Shown here: one piece after another, positions 40,923 through 52,913 of the stretch
Layout: every line of letters starts with the position of its first letter
Numbering within the stretch: position 1 is the stretch's first letter
From: Octopus bimaculoides
Lineage: Eukaryota
NCBI RefSeq assembly: GCF_001194135.2
Contig: NC_068988.1
Span: forward strand, 64,949,692-65,013,691
Direction: 5' to 3'
DNA: 64,000 bases
Program-made: the position numbers and the translations under genes
Notes under the pieces: model-generated
Database searches by the model: none
Told to the model about the DNA's origin: nothing
What the model saw: only the letters and a program-made list of their open reading frames with translations

Positions 40923-43479
40923 NNNNNNNNNNNNNNNNNNNNNNNNNNNNNNNNNNNNNNNNNNNNNNNNNNNNNNNNNNNNNNNNNNNNNNNNNNNNNN
41001 NNNNNNNNNNNNNNNNNNNNNNAGCCAAATCTCCCTCAAAACACCCTACTGTATTAATGCAAAAATTCTGTATATTATGTAGTTTGAATGAGAAACTGTA
41101 ATTAAAGATGATAATTAACCCCACAAAGAGGTGAAAGAAGAGAGAAAGCATAGCGAAAGTTTGGGCTGTAGTCACCTTGTTGCTGTGTGAGCAACTGGTT
41201 GTTTTAAAGGCAGAACAAAGAGGGGATTTGCATTAGAAAAGGCTTTAATCAATTTTCTCAGTAAGTATGGGGCCTAGGAAAAAATAGAAGAGGCATTAAG
41301 AAGTTGATGTTAAGAATTGCTTTAACAATTAGAAAATGTTTGACATTTCAATCATCACCAAAAAATGAAGCTGTAAGAATTTACAGGGAAATTGTATGTA
41401 AGAAGTAAAGCAGAAATGATTTGCAACTGTACTGCCAAAGTTCTGCAACTTAATAGCAGATGTATCCAATTTAAGAAAAGTGAAGATAAAGCTAAGTGGT
41501 GAAGTATGGAATAAGTCATTGTTATACGCACTGCCTTTAGTCGAATAAACTGACTTCGGTACTTATTTTTTAAAAGTCTGATACTTATTCCATCCATCTC
41601 TTTTGCCAAACTACCAAGTTACAGGCACAGAAACAAACCAACACTGGTTGTCAAGCACTGAGGGAGAAGGGTAACAAACAGACTTATGCACAATCACACA
41701 TGTTTATATGTACAGAAATATATATACACACACACAAACACAGAATGGGCTTCTACACAGTTTCTGTCCACCAAATTCACTCACAGGGCATTAGTTAACT
41801 TGAAAATATAGTAGAAGATACATGTCCAAGGTACCAAGCAGTGGAACTGAAGAAAAAGCCACATGGTAACAAATTAAACCTCTTAACAACACAGCCATGC
41901 CTGCATATATATATATATTGCCCACAGGGGGCTAAACATAGAAGGGACAAACAAAGACAGACAAAGGGATTAAGTTGATTACATCGACCCCAGTGTGTAA
42001 CTGATACTTATTTAATCAACCCTGAAAGGATGAAAGGCGAAGTCAACCTCAGTGGAATTTGAACTCAGAACGCAACAGCAGACAAAATACCGCTAAGCAT
42101 TCAGCCCAGCATGCTAACAATTCTGCTGGCATGCTAATGATCCTGCTAGCTCACCTCCCTAACAATAAATATATTATCTGAAATGTATAGTATTAAATAT
42201 CCATCACCGCTGATCTTATCAATCAGTTTCACATAAAGAATACAATGGAGTGTTCGGTAACAATCCAATTATATAACTTTACACTCATCAGAGTTAGCTG
42301 ATATGGAAGGGAATATGGCAACTGTTCACTATAGTTGGAAGTGGATTAGCACAACTGGTGAGTGGATGCTGTAAAAAAAGGTGGTGAAACAAAAAAGAGT
42401 TATCTTGAAGTGGGGAAAGTGTATATTATTAAATATGGTGCTCCTGTGGGGATGGGGTGTGTAATATGTGTAGTGGTGTCATATGCATAATTTTTTTCCG
42501 GGGGTATAGGTATATATATAGCTGTGTTCATTTGTCTGGTTTCTTTCTGACATAGATTAGACGGTTTGCCTGGAACTGGTTTAGCCACAGAACTGCAGCA
42601 GGCTCCAATGTGTTTTGGTTTCATTTCTATAGCTGGATATCCTCTCTAACACCAGTCACTCCATCGAGTGTACTCAGTGTCTTGGGTGTCATCATAACGG
42701 GTGCCTTTTACATGTCACCAGCATGGGTGCCTTTTTATGTGTGACCCCACAGAGGTGCCTTTTGTGTGTCACCTGCACTGGCCATGACTACAATTTCACA
42801 TAGTTTGACATGTCTTCCCAAACACAACAAATCACCAAAAGTGTCAATTTGAAAACAAATTATATTTATTAAAATTGTTCCATAGGCTGGAGGATTAACA
42901 GAATTGTTAGCAGCGGACAAAACGCCTTGGTGTATCTGTACCGTGTCTTTACATTCCAAGTTCAAATCCCATTGAGGTCAACTTTGCTTTTCATCCTTTC
43001 AGTGTTGAGAAAATAAAGTACCAGTCATGTACTGGGGTCAATAGTATTGATTAACTCCCTCCCCCAAAATTTCAGGCCTTGCACCTCACCTAGAAACTAT
43101 AATAATTGTTCTACATCAATCAACAACTATCATATATATTCAATCCCAAATGAAACCCCAAAGACTTAGAATATGTAAAACTATTTCTAACTAAAAATAA
43201 TTTTCAAAAGATCTTTGATACTGCTCGAAAACCAAATCCAGCCAGAAAAATTCTTGGCGACCATTCCACCAGCAAAATATACTGGCCAAATCTTCTACAA
43301 ATTACACCCTGATGTCTAAGATAATATAGTCACTAGTAGCATAGCTAGGCAGCATGGCAGTCCAACCTGACCAAAACGTTGGGTGGAAAACTCAAGGGCT
43401 GCTCTGAGCAACAAACCTTCTGGCTACACAGCTGGTAGTCACCAGTGGCGTATGGTAGTTGTTAGATTGGGTGTGCTGC

Positions 43480-43890
43480 CACAACCAATACAAAATTTCT
43501 AGCAGGGATATAACACCACCAAATTTCAAGCAAGAGTCTAACAAAATAACATCAAATTCCAAGCAGACGTATAACAAGATGCCACCAAATTTCAAGCAGG
43601 TATATAATAAAATGCCACCAAATTTCAAGCAAACATATAACACCACCAAATTTCAAGCAAACGTGTAACACCACCAAATTTCAAGCAGGTATATAATAAA
43701 ATGCCACCAAATTTCAAGCAGCNNNNNNNNNNATAAAATGCCACCAAATTTCAAGCAGGTATATAATAAAATGCCACCAAATTTCAAGCAGGTATATAAT
43801 AAAATGCCACCAAATTTCAAGCAAACGTGTAACACCACCAAATTTCAAGCAGGTATATAATAAAATGCCACCAAATTTCAAGCAGCCGCA
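43480..43890. repeat. Minisatellite, ~12-13 copies of a 17-bp core CCACCAAATTTCAAGCA in 33-bp and 28-bp unit variants
   Basis: Units ..GGTATATAATAAAATG (33 bp) and ..AACGTGTAACA (28 bp) are interspersed; a 10-N gap lies inside the array. Confidence 0.92.
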
Positions 43891-43947
43891 TAACAAAAGT
43901 TTTCCATTAAGATTTGTGATTAAATTAATATGTAAGGCTAACATTTA

Positions 43948-45040
43948 TGTAGTGAAACTACCTATCGCCATTAGATACAAAACTGCTATCGCCATTCTTC
44001 TCATTTAAATATAAACAAGCGCGAGCGTAGCGGAGAACCCATCTCCTTGTCATCACGTGACTGATTAATATTCGAAGCGGCAACTTCTTCGAACCATTCC
44101 AGCCAGAACGTAAACTGACCAATGACAGCCCTTAATAAGGTCACGTGATAGAGTATGTTTCTGAAGACTTCGGGAGCCGATAGTTTGTTATAAATAGCTT
44201 TAACTCGGCGGCCAAATTCGTCTCGGTTCAGTTCTCTTTGAGATCTGTTCCGTGTACCACACGACAGCAGCAGCAACAATCAGCCAGCGAGCCAGCGACA
44301 CATCAACAGCTTCGTCCAGCCAACGATGACCACCGCCGTCGCCACTTCAGCAACACGAGTCTATGACTACTAACCAGCATCATCGTCATGACCAACACGA
44401 TTCTACGATTAATACTAACCAGCGTCTACACGACTTTCTATGTACACCAAACTAAACCACCGCGGCACATCTCTCTCTTCAATTCTGTTAGGTGACTTAG
44501 CTTCACCACGATAATAAACAGACAAGAGATCTCAGCCAGCGATGAACATCTGTATAACAAGAATCACGGCCCGGCATGGAAGCCACCACATCACAACTAG
44601 TGATAAGCTCTGACACACACAGCCTCAACTCCCTTCACATACAGACTCATACTATTGTGAACTCAAGAACTGGTATAAATGCTCACGTGTTACTTTCTTT
44701 CTATCTGCTGTAATATCTCACATACACATACATGTATCACTCACATACATACTTTTCTTTGTATGACGGCCTGTCTTTGATTATGTTCTTATATGTCACA
44801 TTCACACTCACACACAGACATACATCTTTAACGCCATAATAAATATTTTTGTTATTCATCTCATTCGGTTGTGGTCTTTCATTGCTGGTTATCTATGTTA
44901 TCGTAGTATAACATATCATGTATATCATTTTTGATATATTATTTTGTGTTCGACTGTGTGACGCGTTTAAATAAAAGGAGTCCTCTGTTTTTCCATTCGT
45001 CATCATTTCTCCTTTTTGAGTTCGCACGGTCGTTCTTACA
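43948..45040 (+). mobile_element. Solo LTR (1093 bp), probably Gypsy-type
   Basis: Starts TGTAGT and ends TTACA, with 4-bp TSD TTTA at 43944-43947 and 45041-45044. Contains CACGTG at 44054 and 44142, CCAAT at 44119, TATAAATA at 44189, TCAGTT at 44228 and AATAAA at 44838 and 44970. CpG-rich. Confidence 0.85.
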
Positions 45041-45764
45041 TTTATAATGAATTTGCCATTTTCGCTTGTTGTGCAGCGCATACCTAGCACACCCGAAATA
45101 CATGTCCCTGATAGTTACAGATATACATGAAGACGGGTTGTTCATAGTGAAAAAGTATTTTAATATATGTCTGCTAGATACGAAATGGCCTTAAGTTCAC
45201 CAACAAGGTTCTTGTTTACTGGACACTGCTGAAGATTTGCTTTTTTGTTTCTTGCTTTTTTTTGGTGGGGTGGGGTACAAGTTTGCCCACCGCATTTACC
45301 GCCCACTCTTACAGTAACAACATTTAGTAAAACGTCCCAAGTGCAGTGGAATTGTCGAGAATATTTAAATTGAAGTGTTTAAATGAAAGAGAAAATATAA
45401 AACTAAAGTCTAAATTAGTGAAGTCTGAAAATTAAAAAAAAAAGACAAACTTACCTGTGAGGCGATAACTTATTCGTTCTTAATACGGTCCAACAGAGTC
45501 GAATGTCAATACGATGTGGTATGTCAACAATGAAAAGCAACTTCTACTTCCAGACGAACGTGTCTTCGTAACTCAACGAACTGATAAAACTTCCAAAAAT
45601 TTGTTGCTCTTGCTTATAAAGCCATGAGAGTTACGTCCCTTTAGTAATTCTTTATTTAGTTATCTCCCTTAGTAATTTATTAATTCATAAACCAAAGACG
45701 ATGTTTTTTAATAGAACGCCGTTATGTTAAATTAATCCTGGTAGTGTTTTGGAATAGCTATCAC

Positions 45765-45805
45765 GGCAAGACTTCCGCCCGTCCACCACGGGCGGAAGTC
45801 TTTCC
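45765..45805. mobile_element. 41-bp palindromic mini-element with 8-bp TSD (Merlin-like)
   Basis: GGCAAGACTTCCGCCCGT-ccacc-ACGGGCGGAAGTCTTTCC (arms 17/18 matched). Perfect TSD GCTATCAC at 45757-45764 and 45806-45813. The paralogous site at 49098-49105 has a single GCTATCAC. Confidence 0.85.
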
Positions 45806-45946
45806 GCTATCACCACTGCCACATAAGAAAGGAAAAGGGGCAAGGAATTGAAGGACAAAAATATAAAAGAAACTGAAATTACATAACTTTCAAATTTTAA
45901 TTACTAATAACTCTTTATTTATTGATTTATAGCGAAAATTACTTTC

Positions 45947-46568
45947 GGATCTTTTTTAAAACGGGGGCCACATTTTTCATTAATGTTTTACGTAGTGTTT
46001 TTGGTACCGAAAGACTTTCAAACTTCGTATACTTATCTATTTTGTGTTATAGAACAGAAAAATATTTTTGTATTCGAATTTATTTCATGTAAAAAATTGT
46101 CTTATTTCGATAATTTCAACCAATCACTGACAAGTATTCAGTTGTTTAAATTTACTCCTTTGGCTGATTAAGCCATAGCTTCGTTTTATTTGCTTTTTTC
46201 ATTTTCTTTTTTCTTCGTTTTATTTNNNNNNNNNNNNNNNNNNNNNNNNNNNNNNNNNNNNNNNNNNNNNNNNNNNNNNNNNTTTCTTTTTAAATTTGCT
46301 GTTTTACCCTAACCCTATCACTGATAGAATTGTTTCAGAATCGTTTGTTTATGTAGTCGGCATTTAATGTATATCGGCTGAATGGACGTCAGTGATTGGT
46401 TGAAATTACAGAAATACGACAACTTTAACATGGAATAACTTAGGGATTTCTTTTTTTTTAAAGAAGACTAAGAGAAAAAGATGTTTTATATGACACATTC
46501 TACCAGTGTTCCAAGTTTCAAAGTGTTTCGTTAATGAAAAATGTGGCCCCCCGTTTTAAAAAAGATCC
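45947..46568. mobile_element. Palindromic MITE with GG termini and 8-bp TSD (Merlin-like), spans a small gap
   Basis: TIR GGATCTTTTTTAAAACGGGGGCCACATTTTTCATTAA and its reverse complement ending at 46568. TSD TTACTTTC at 45939-45946 and 46569-46576. Inner inverted pair TTTCAACCAATCACTGAC / GTCAGTGATTGGTTGAAA and a central ACCCTAACCCT. Confidence 0.88.
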
Positions 46569-47222
46569 TTACTTTCACATCATTAATTAACCTATAAAAG
46601 TGTATCATTACACTGAATATGAAATCAATTCGAACAGGAAATTGACGCTGGCAGCCGCTGACAACCAAACAGGCGGTGCTCCAGCATGGGCGCAGTTAAA
46701 TGACTGAAGTAAAAGAATAATATGAGTTCCTGTGTGTAGAACACAAATGCGCAAAAGTTTTGATAATTTCAATAAAAAAATAATAAGTTATGAGTGTTTA
46801 TATGCTGCACTTAAACCAGAATTCCATTTTTTTTTTTTATACACTGGAATGTAATTCTCGTCGCATGAAAGACAAAAACTACTAACAATGGAAGAAGAAA
46901 TACCACCATTTCCTTGCTTTTCTCATTCCCCAAAAGCAGTGATAGCTATTTCAAATTTTGTCAGTTATCTGCTATGTTGTGTGTGTATACGCGCGTATGC
47001 ATGTGTGGTTAGGCTTTCACCTGAGGGAAGGGACAATCTTCGTATCTTTTGCAGGCACCTATGAATGGAGCGATTGATAAGATTTCAAGATTCTATTGAA
47101 CAAATGCAAATTGATAGCAATCGGAATAATGGAAACAGAAGTGGAACTTCCAGAGGAACGTCTAATTGATTCGTCAGCAATGCGCAAGTAAGAATGTCAT
47201 TAGGTTATTAAATAGGAACTGG

Positions 47223-47556
47223 GGCGATCTTACGGTACGAGTCCTAAATATCGGCCTTTTCCGTAAAAAGTGTCTTCGGCGATCTTCACCAAAGATCGGC
47301 CTTTTCCGTAAAAAGTGTTGGAGAGAAACAGGGAAACGACGTCATAAAAGCGAAAGACATACATAGAGCGCGATTTATTTTGAAGGGGTTAGGGTTAGGG
47401 AATTCCGTCCCTAACCGTAACCCTAAACACTAACCCTGACACTAAAACCCTAACCCTAACACCGTAGTGAAGGGAAAGGCCGATCTTTGGTAAAAATCGC
47501 CGAAGACACTTTTTATGGAAAAGGCCGATATTTAGGACTCGTACCGTAAGATCGCC
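47223..47556. mobile_element. 334-bp MITE with ~82-bp TIRs, 8-bp TSD and telomere-like core (Merlin-like)
   Basis: TIR GGCGATCTTACGGTACGAGTCC... with 3 mismatches over ~82 nt and an internal sub-repeat ATCGGCCTTTTCCGTAAAAAGTGT. TSD GGAACTGG at 47215-47222 and 47557-47564. Core of GGGTTAGGGTTAGGG facing degenerate (TAACCC)n. Confidence 0.93.
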
Positions 47557-48209
47557 GGAACTGGCCTTATGAAATAAAAAATTTACCCTTTCTTCTGATA
47601 TTATGATGTGGGTGAAAACAAAAATTGGAATGGAGTTTTGAAGGAAACGAAAAGCTTATTGTAAATAAAATCTTTATTTTCGTGAACTTTATTCTCTTTC
47701 TTTTATTTTACTGACCACATCAAAACGAATATATACAGGTAAAATTACAAGTATAGGATCTGTATTTTACAACCATCTATTTGAGTATAGGTACGTTTAA
47801 TACAAAAATTTACTTAAAATCATTTATTAAAAAATTAATCACGAGTACAAATATACATCTAAAAATAAAGCTAATAACAAAAAGTTCGCTTCTTTATCAC
47901 GTAGTTTTGCATTCAGTGGTACTACGCAGCATCTTATCTTCAGTGATGGTACATCTTGACCCGAAGCCAAACCTAAATGTCTGTGGGACGTTTGATACTG
48001 CTCTAAAATCCAGAAAAGTTTTGAGCGGCCGTTCCACTGATTAAGATTAGCATCAAAATCTTCCTCAAATCACATCCTGATGTCTTAGATTATGTAGTGA
48101 CTAAAGACGGATTGTTCGTGGCTTAAAAGCATTAACATAAGTCTGCTGGACCAGACATGGCCTTATGTTCGCCAACAAGGTTCTAGTTTTACGTTATTTA
48201 CTCATTTGT

Positions 48210-48440
48210 TATTTCTTTATTGCCCACAAGGGGCTAAACATAGAGGGGACAAACAAGGACAGACAAATGGATTAAGCTGATTACATCGACCCCAGTGAGT
48301 AACTGGTACTTAATTTATCGACCCCGAAAAGAGGAAAGGCAAAGTCGACCTCGGCGGAATTTGAACTCAGAACGTAACGGCAGACGAAATACCGCTAAGC
48401 ATCTCGCCCAGCATGCTAGCGTTTCTGCCAGCTCGCCGCC
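48210..48440 (-). mobile_element. SINE family B, full length with 15-bp TSD
   Basis: TSD TATTTACTCATTTGT at 48195-48209 and 48441-48455. Confidence 0.9.
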
Positions 48441-51400
48441 TATTTACTCATTTGTATTGAGTTACGGACCACCATGCACCATTAATAGTTTGGGGGGTTT
48501 TTTGTTTTGTTTTTTTACAGTGTGTCGTCATCCCAACCTCATTTACTGCCCACTCTTACGATAGCAACTGCATTTATTAAAACATCTAAAATACAATGGA
48601 AAATGTCCCAAGTACAGTGGAATTGCTGGGAGTGGCTGAATTTAAAGTCCTTAGAAGTAAGACAAAATATGAAAAAGAGGTCGAAAACAGTGAAAATGGT
48701 TTGAAAATTTATAGAAAATTAAAACTTATCTGAAACGGTAAATTTATCCTTAATACGGTCCAGCAAAGTAGAACGTAAATATGCTATTGTATTTCGTCAA
48801 TGGAGAACAACTACTTTCAGACGAATGTGTGTTGATAACACCCTCCTTTCAATAGCATAAGGGAAAATTGGGAGATCCGGTATTTCGACAAAACTTGCAT
48901 ATCTGCTCAGCCAAAGCTAACTCGAATTGATAAAACATCAAGAGTTATAATTTCAGCGGATATCTCTAAGAGTTATGCCGCTTTGATAATTCTTTATCTA
49001 GTTATTTCCCTTAGTAATTTAACGTATAAACTAATGACTATCATTTTAAAATTTAATGCTGTTAGGTTAAATTAATCCTAGTAGAATTTTTGGAATAGCT
49101 ATCACTTACGGATTTTTTTTTTTTTTCAGATTCATAATTCATGTTGTATGAAAGACAAAAATACTAACAATTAAGCAGGGAAATACTACACAATTTCGTT
49201 CTTATAATGATAGCTATTCCAAACTGCCCCAATCATTTGTTTTGTGTGTGTGTTTGTTTAAGATTTGACTTTAACGAAAAGACTATTTTTTTATCTTTGT
49301 AGACACCACCTCGTGACAGGTGAGATTGACAGGGATTCATGATTGTATTGGAAGACAAGAAAATATGGAAACAGAAGAGGCGGGTTTAAAGTAGCCTCTT
49401 ATCGATTCATCCAAATCAGAATATCAATAATGTATTAAATAGGGTTATTTAAAAAAATAAAAACTATATTTTTGGAAAAAAATATCTTAACCTTTCTGTT
49501 GATATTACAATGTATATGAAAACAAAAATTTGAGTGTCGAAAAAAAACAAAAAAGTGAAAGTAAATAAAATCCTTACTTTGGTAAACTTTTTTTCCATTT
49601 ATCCATATTTTGTTAACCATGTCAAAACAAATATATGTAAAATGACACACATAGACTATATAATCTATTTTATATATGTATAAAACCATCTATATTATAG
49701 ATGGCTATATAAATAATACTGATGTATTAATACATAAAAGGTAAAAGAATAATGCTATTTACTTATATTATTTATTTAAAAATTCATTGGCAGCACAAGA
49801 AATGACAACCAGCAACTAAAGCGAACAGTAAGAAGGATTATGCTATTAAACTTTCAAATTGTAAGCATAAACTTTTTGTTCAGAATCATAATTACCAATC
49901 ACATTGTTCACTCATTGTATTTTTTGTAGTTCCTATGGCATTCGTTTGCCTTTCTGTGATCAACATCTTCTTTGTCATAGAGAGAAAGTTCTGTTATACA
50001 AGTTGAAAGTGTTAATAGATATTACCATCAAACAAATACATCCCAGAGTTGGCCCTTATCCTCACTGCTCTTCAATTTCTTCTATTACAGAAATGTATTT
50101 CAATCTTTGGAAACGTGCTTCAGTGTCTCATTCCCAAAAAGGTAACTCCTCTTGCCTTACCATCCTTCTGATATTTCAACCATTAACAATTTTCTCCAAC
50201 ACCTTACCTCTCTCTCTCCGCCTTTAATGTCCATCAGTATGGCTTTCAAGATAAAAGGCCAATCTATTAGAGGCCTACTCTCTCCCACCACCACCACCAC
50301 CTACATCACTCATCCTTGAAGTTTTGGAAGTAGCAATGAATAGACCGACATTAGTAAAACTTTTGACTGTGTCTGGCACACAATCTCTCATCAAAACTGC
50401 TTGTTTATGGGCTTCGACCATTTTACATATCAGTAGTTTCAGATCAGGTCATACTACATTGTACTGACAAATAAAACACTCTCTGATCCATACTATCAAC
50501 TCCTATACACCAAATGACCTACATGCCATTAACTCAACAGTGCCCACTCCTACATATACACACAGCATGGCCCCTAACTCCTCCCTAACCTTCTACCAAA
50601 AGTGTAATCCACATGCAACCTTGGCACCTCATGACATGCTCTTACTCCATAACGAGAGGTCTTGAAACTGATTGTGTCACCTTCAAAAGACACAAAATAC
50701 AACCACTGCAGGTGTGGCTATGTGGTTAAGAAAGTTTTTTCTTACCAACCACAAAGCTTTGGGCTCAGTCCCACAACTGGGCAGATGTCATCTACTACAG
50801 TTCCAAGCCAACTGACTTTTGGGCAAGTGTCATCTACTATAGTTCCGGCCAACCCAAGTATTTGAGAGGACAAGGTAGATGCTGAAATAATTGTGTGCAT
50901 ATATGCATACATGCAAGCACATATACATATGTATTATTTATTTATTTATGTGTTTCAGCCAAGTGGCTGCGGTCATGCTGGTGCACCACCGTATGTGTAT
51001 GTTTGTATCTCCTTGTACTTATCTTGACATTGTGTGATAGATGTCAAAGGAGTGTCACTGTCCTACAAGCAGTGCCATTCATTCCCAATATGCTCCAAAA
51101 ATATGCCTGGCCGTGGTTGGCGTTAGGAAGGGCATCCAGCTGTAGAAACTCTGCCAAACCAGAGTGGAGCCTGGTGTAGCCATCTGGTTTCACCAGTCCT
51201 CAGTCAAATAGTCCAACCCATGCTAGCATGGAAAGCGGATGTTAAATGACGATGATGATGATGGGAAAATATTATCTTGCATGGAAACAAGTGAGCGTTG
51301 GCAACAAGAGCATCTGACCACAGAAAATTTGCTTCAATAAATTCAATCCGTTCCTGGTAAGCAATGACAAGCAGGCATTAAAGCAATGATAATGAAATTG

Positions 51401-52302
51401 TGTTTATCAAGAAAACAGTCACCTGACCAAACATGTACAACACACAACCAGAACCATCATGAGTAATACTAATGATAGGCTTCGTCATCATTGAGGATCT
51501 CTGCTGGTGAACACACATCTTCAACATAACTAAGTGATCCGTCTCTTCAGAGCCAGGAAATACTTTAGAACCCCCACCCCAAACAATTACTGATGCTGTA
51601 CAAAGCCTCAGCCACAATGAAGAAGTACTGCTTCTATATCTGGGACAGGACTGCTACTACACACACAACACATAGATATCCTTGACAGACTGGCAGGCAA
51701 TTGCTCATGAACACCCTCCAACTTCTGGCCTACAGATATCCTGTCTCCTCTTTCTGCCTCTTCAACTGCTGCTATTGTGCTTTCTGCTCTTCAGCCAAAT
51801 CTTTAAGAGCAGAGGTGAGTGTAGTAAAGACAAAAAAGACAAATTATGTGTGAGGAAGAAGTTGGAGTTTTGTTGGTGATGGGGTCCAAGACGTCTGTAA
51901 TCTTATGATTTGATTATCTTAAGAATAACTTTTAAAGGAACGCTGCCCTAGCTGGTCTTCAGAGCTGACTTGTCTGATGCCATCTACACTCCAAACCTCC
52001 CAACTCACTCATACTCTTGATTCTCATAACGCAACCACTTTGCACACCGGACAACACACTAAACATTATGCAGACTCTTTCCTTTTCAGAATGTTGTCCA
52101 TCTTGAGTTACTTCCCCGCAGTATCAATTCTTTTAACAATTCAAGCAGAACATTAATAGTGTCAACTTCATTGGTCTTGGTGTCCCATAGAAACCATGAG
52201 TACAACCCTTTCCTCTAGACGAGACAAAAAAAAAATTTTTTTTTTAAGTGCTGACTTGGAGCAACACAACAACTTTATAGAGGTAGCAATTATAGCCAGG
52301 TT

Positions 52303-52308
52303 TTTATT
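52303..52308 (-). promoter_or_regulatory. Candidate polyadenylation signal of the ZNF gene
   Basis: AATAAA on the minus strand ~600 nt after the stop codon. Confidence 0.3.
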
Positions 52309-52913
52309 TTCATTTCACATAAGAAAATTAAAATATTCAAAACAGTTTCAACAACGTTACACAACAGTGATATTAAAAAAATGACAATGTAAATATATTT
52401 AGTGATGATATTTCATAAGTTTTAATGAAGTCACTTGTCATTCTAAGGGTGAAGTGTTTAGTGTGGCTGTTGAGGATGGCTAAACAATATGAGTGATGAG
52501 AGGAGAGGCATGTGAGTGAGGAACGCCTGAGTGGAGTTCAACTGAAACCAGCCAAATCTTAAGAGCAGAGGTGAGTGTAGGAAAGACAAATTGTGTGTGG
52601 GGAAGAGGTTGAAGTGTGTTGATGATGGGGTCTTATGGTTATCTTAAGAATAACTTTTGAAGGAACTCTGCCCTAGCTTGTCCCAAACCCAGTTAAGAAA
52701 GGAGGACAGTGGTAAGGTTAGCACTGTCAAATTTTCTGCATTTCTATTGAAATGCCAAAAGAACACAGATTTCTTATTGGTGCCCTATACTCCACATGGA
52801 GTAAAAGTATTAAGGTGCTTTTAAAGAATTACAACTGAACTAGTATAAAGTCTACAAACATATCTGTTTATACCTAATTAACTGATTAATATGAGGAGGA
52901 TTCATTACAAATG

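Larger units (their letters stand above)
45165..49400. repeat. Old local tandem duplication: copy 1 = 45165-45764 plus 46850-47160; copy 2 = 48141-49400
   Basis: Collinear shared blocks: TGGCCTTA..CCAACAAGGTTCT; GCCCACTCTTAC; GTCCCAAGT.CAGTGGAATTG; TTAATACGGTCCA; CAGACGAA; GTTAAATTAATCCT..GGAATAGCTATCAC; ATGAAAGACAAAAA; ATGGAAACAGAAG. Confidence 0.85.

Noticed and set aside
43480-43890. CRISPR-like look (constant core with variable spacers)
   Set aside because: The spacers are only two recurring variants of 11-16 bp, the context is eukaryotic and there are no cas genes; it is a minisatellite.
47385-47463. Telomere or chromosome-fusion scar
   Set aside because: The short TTAGGG/TAACCC runs are enclosed by TIRs and a TSD, so they belong to a MITE.
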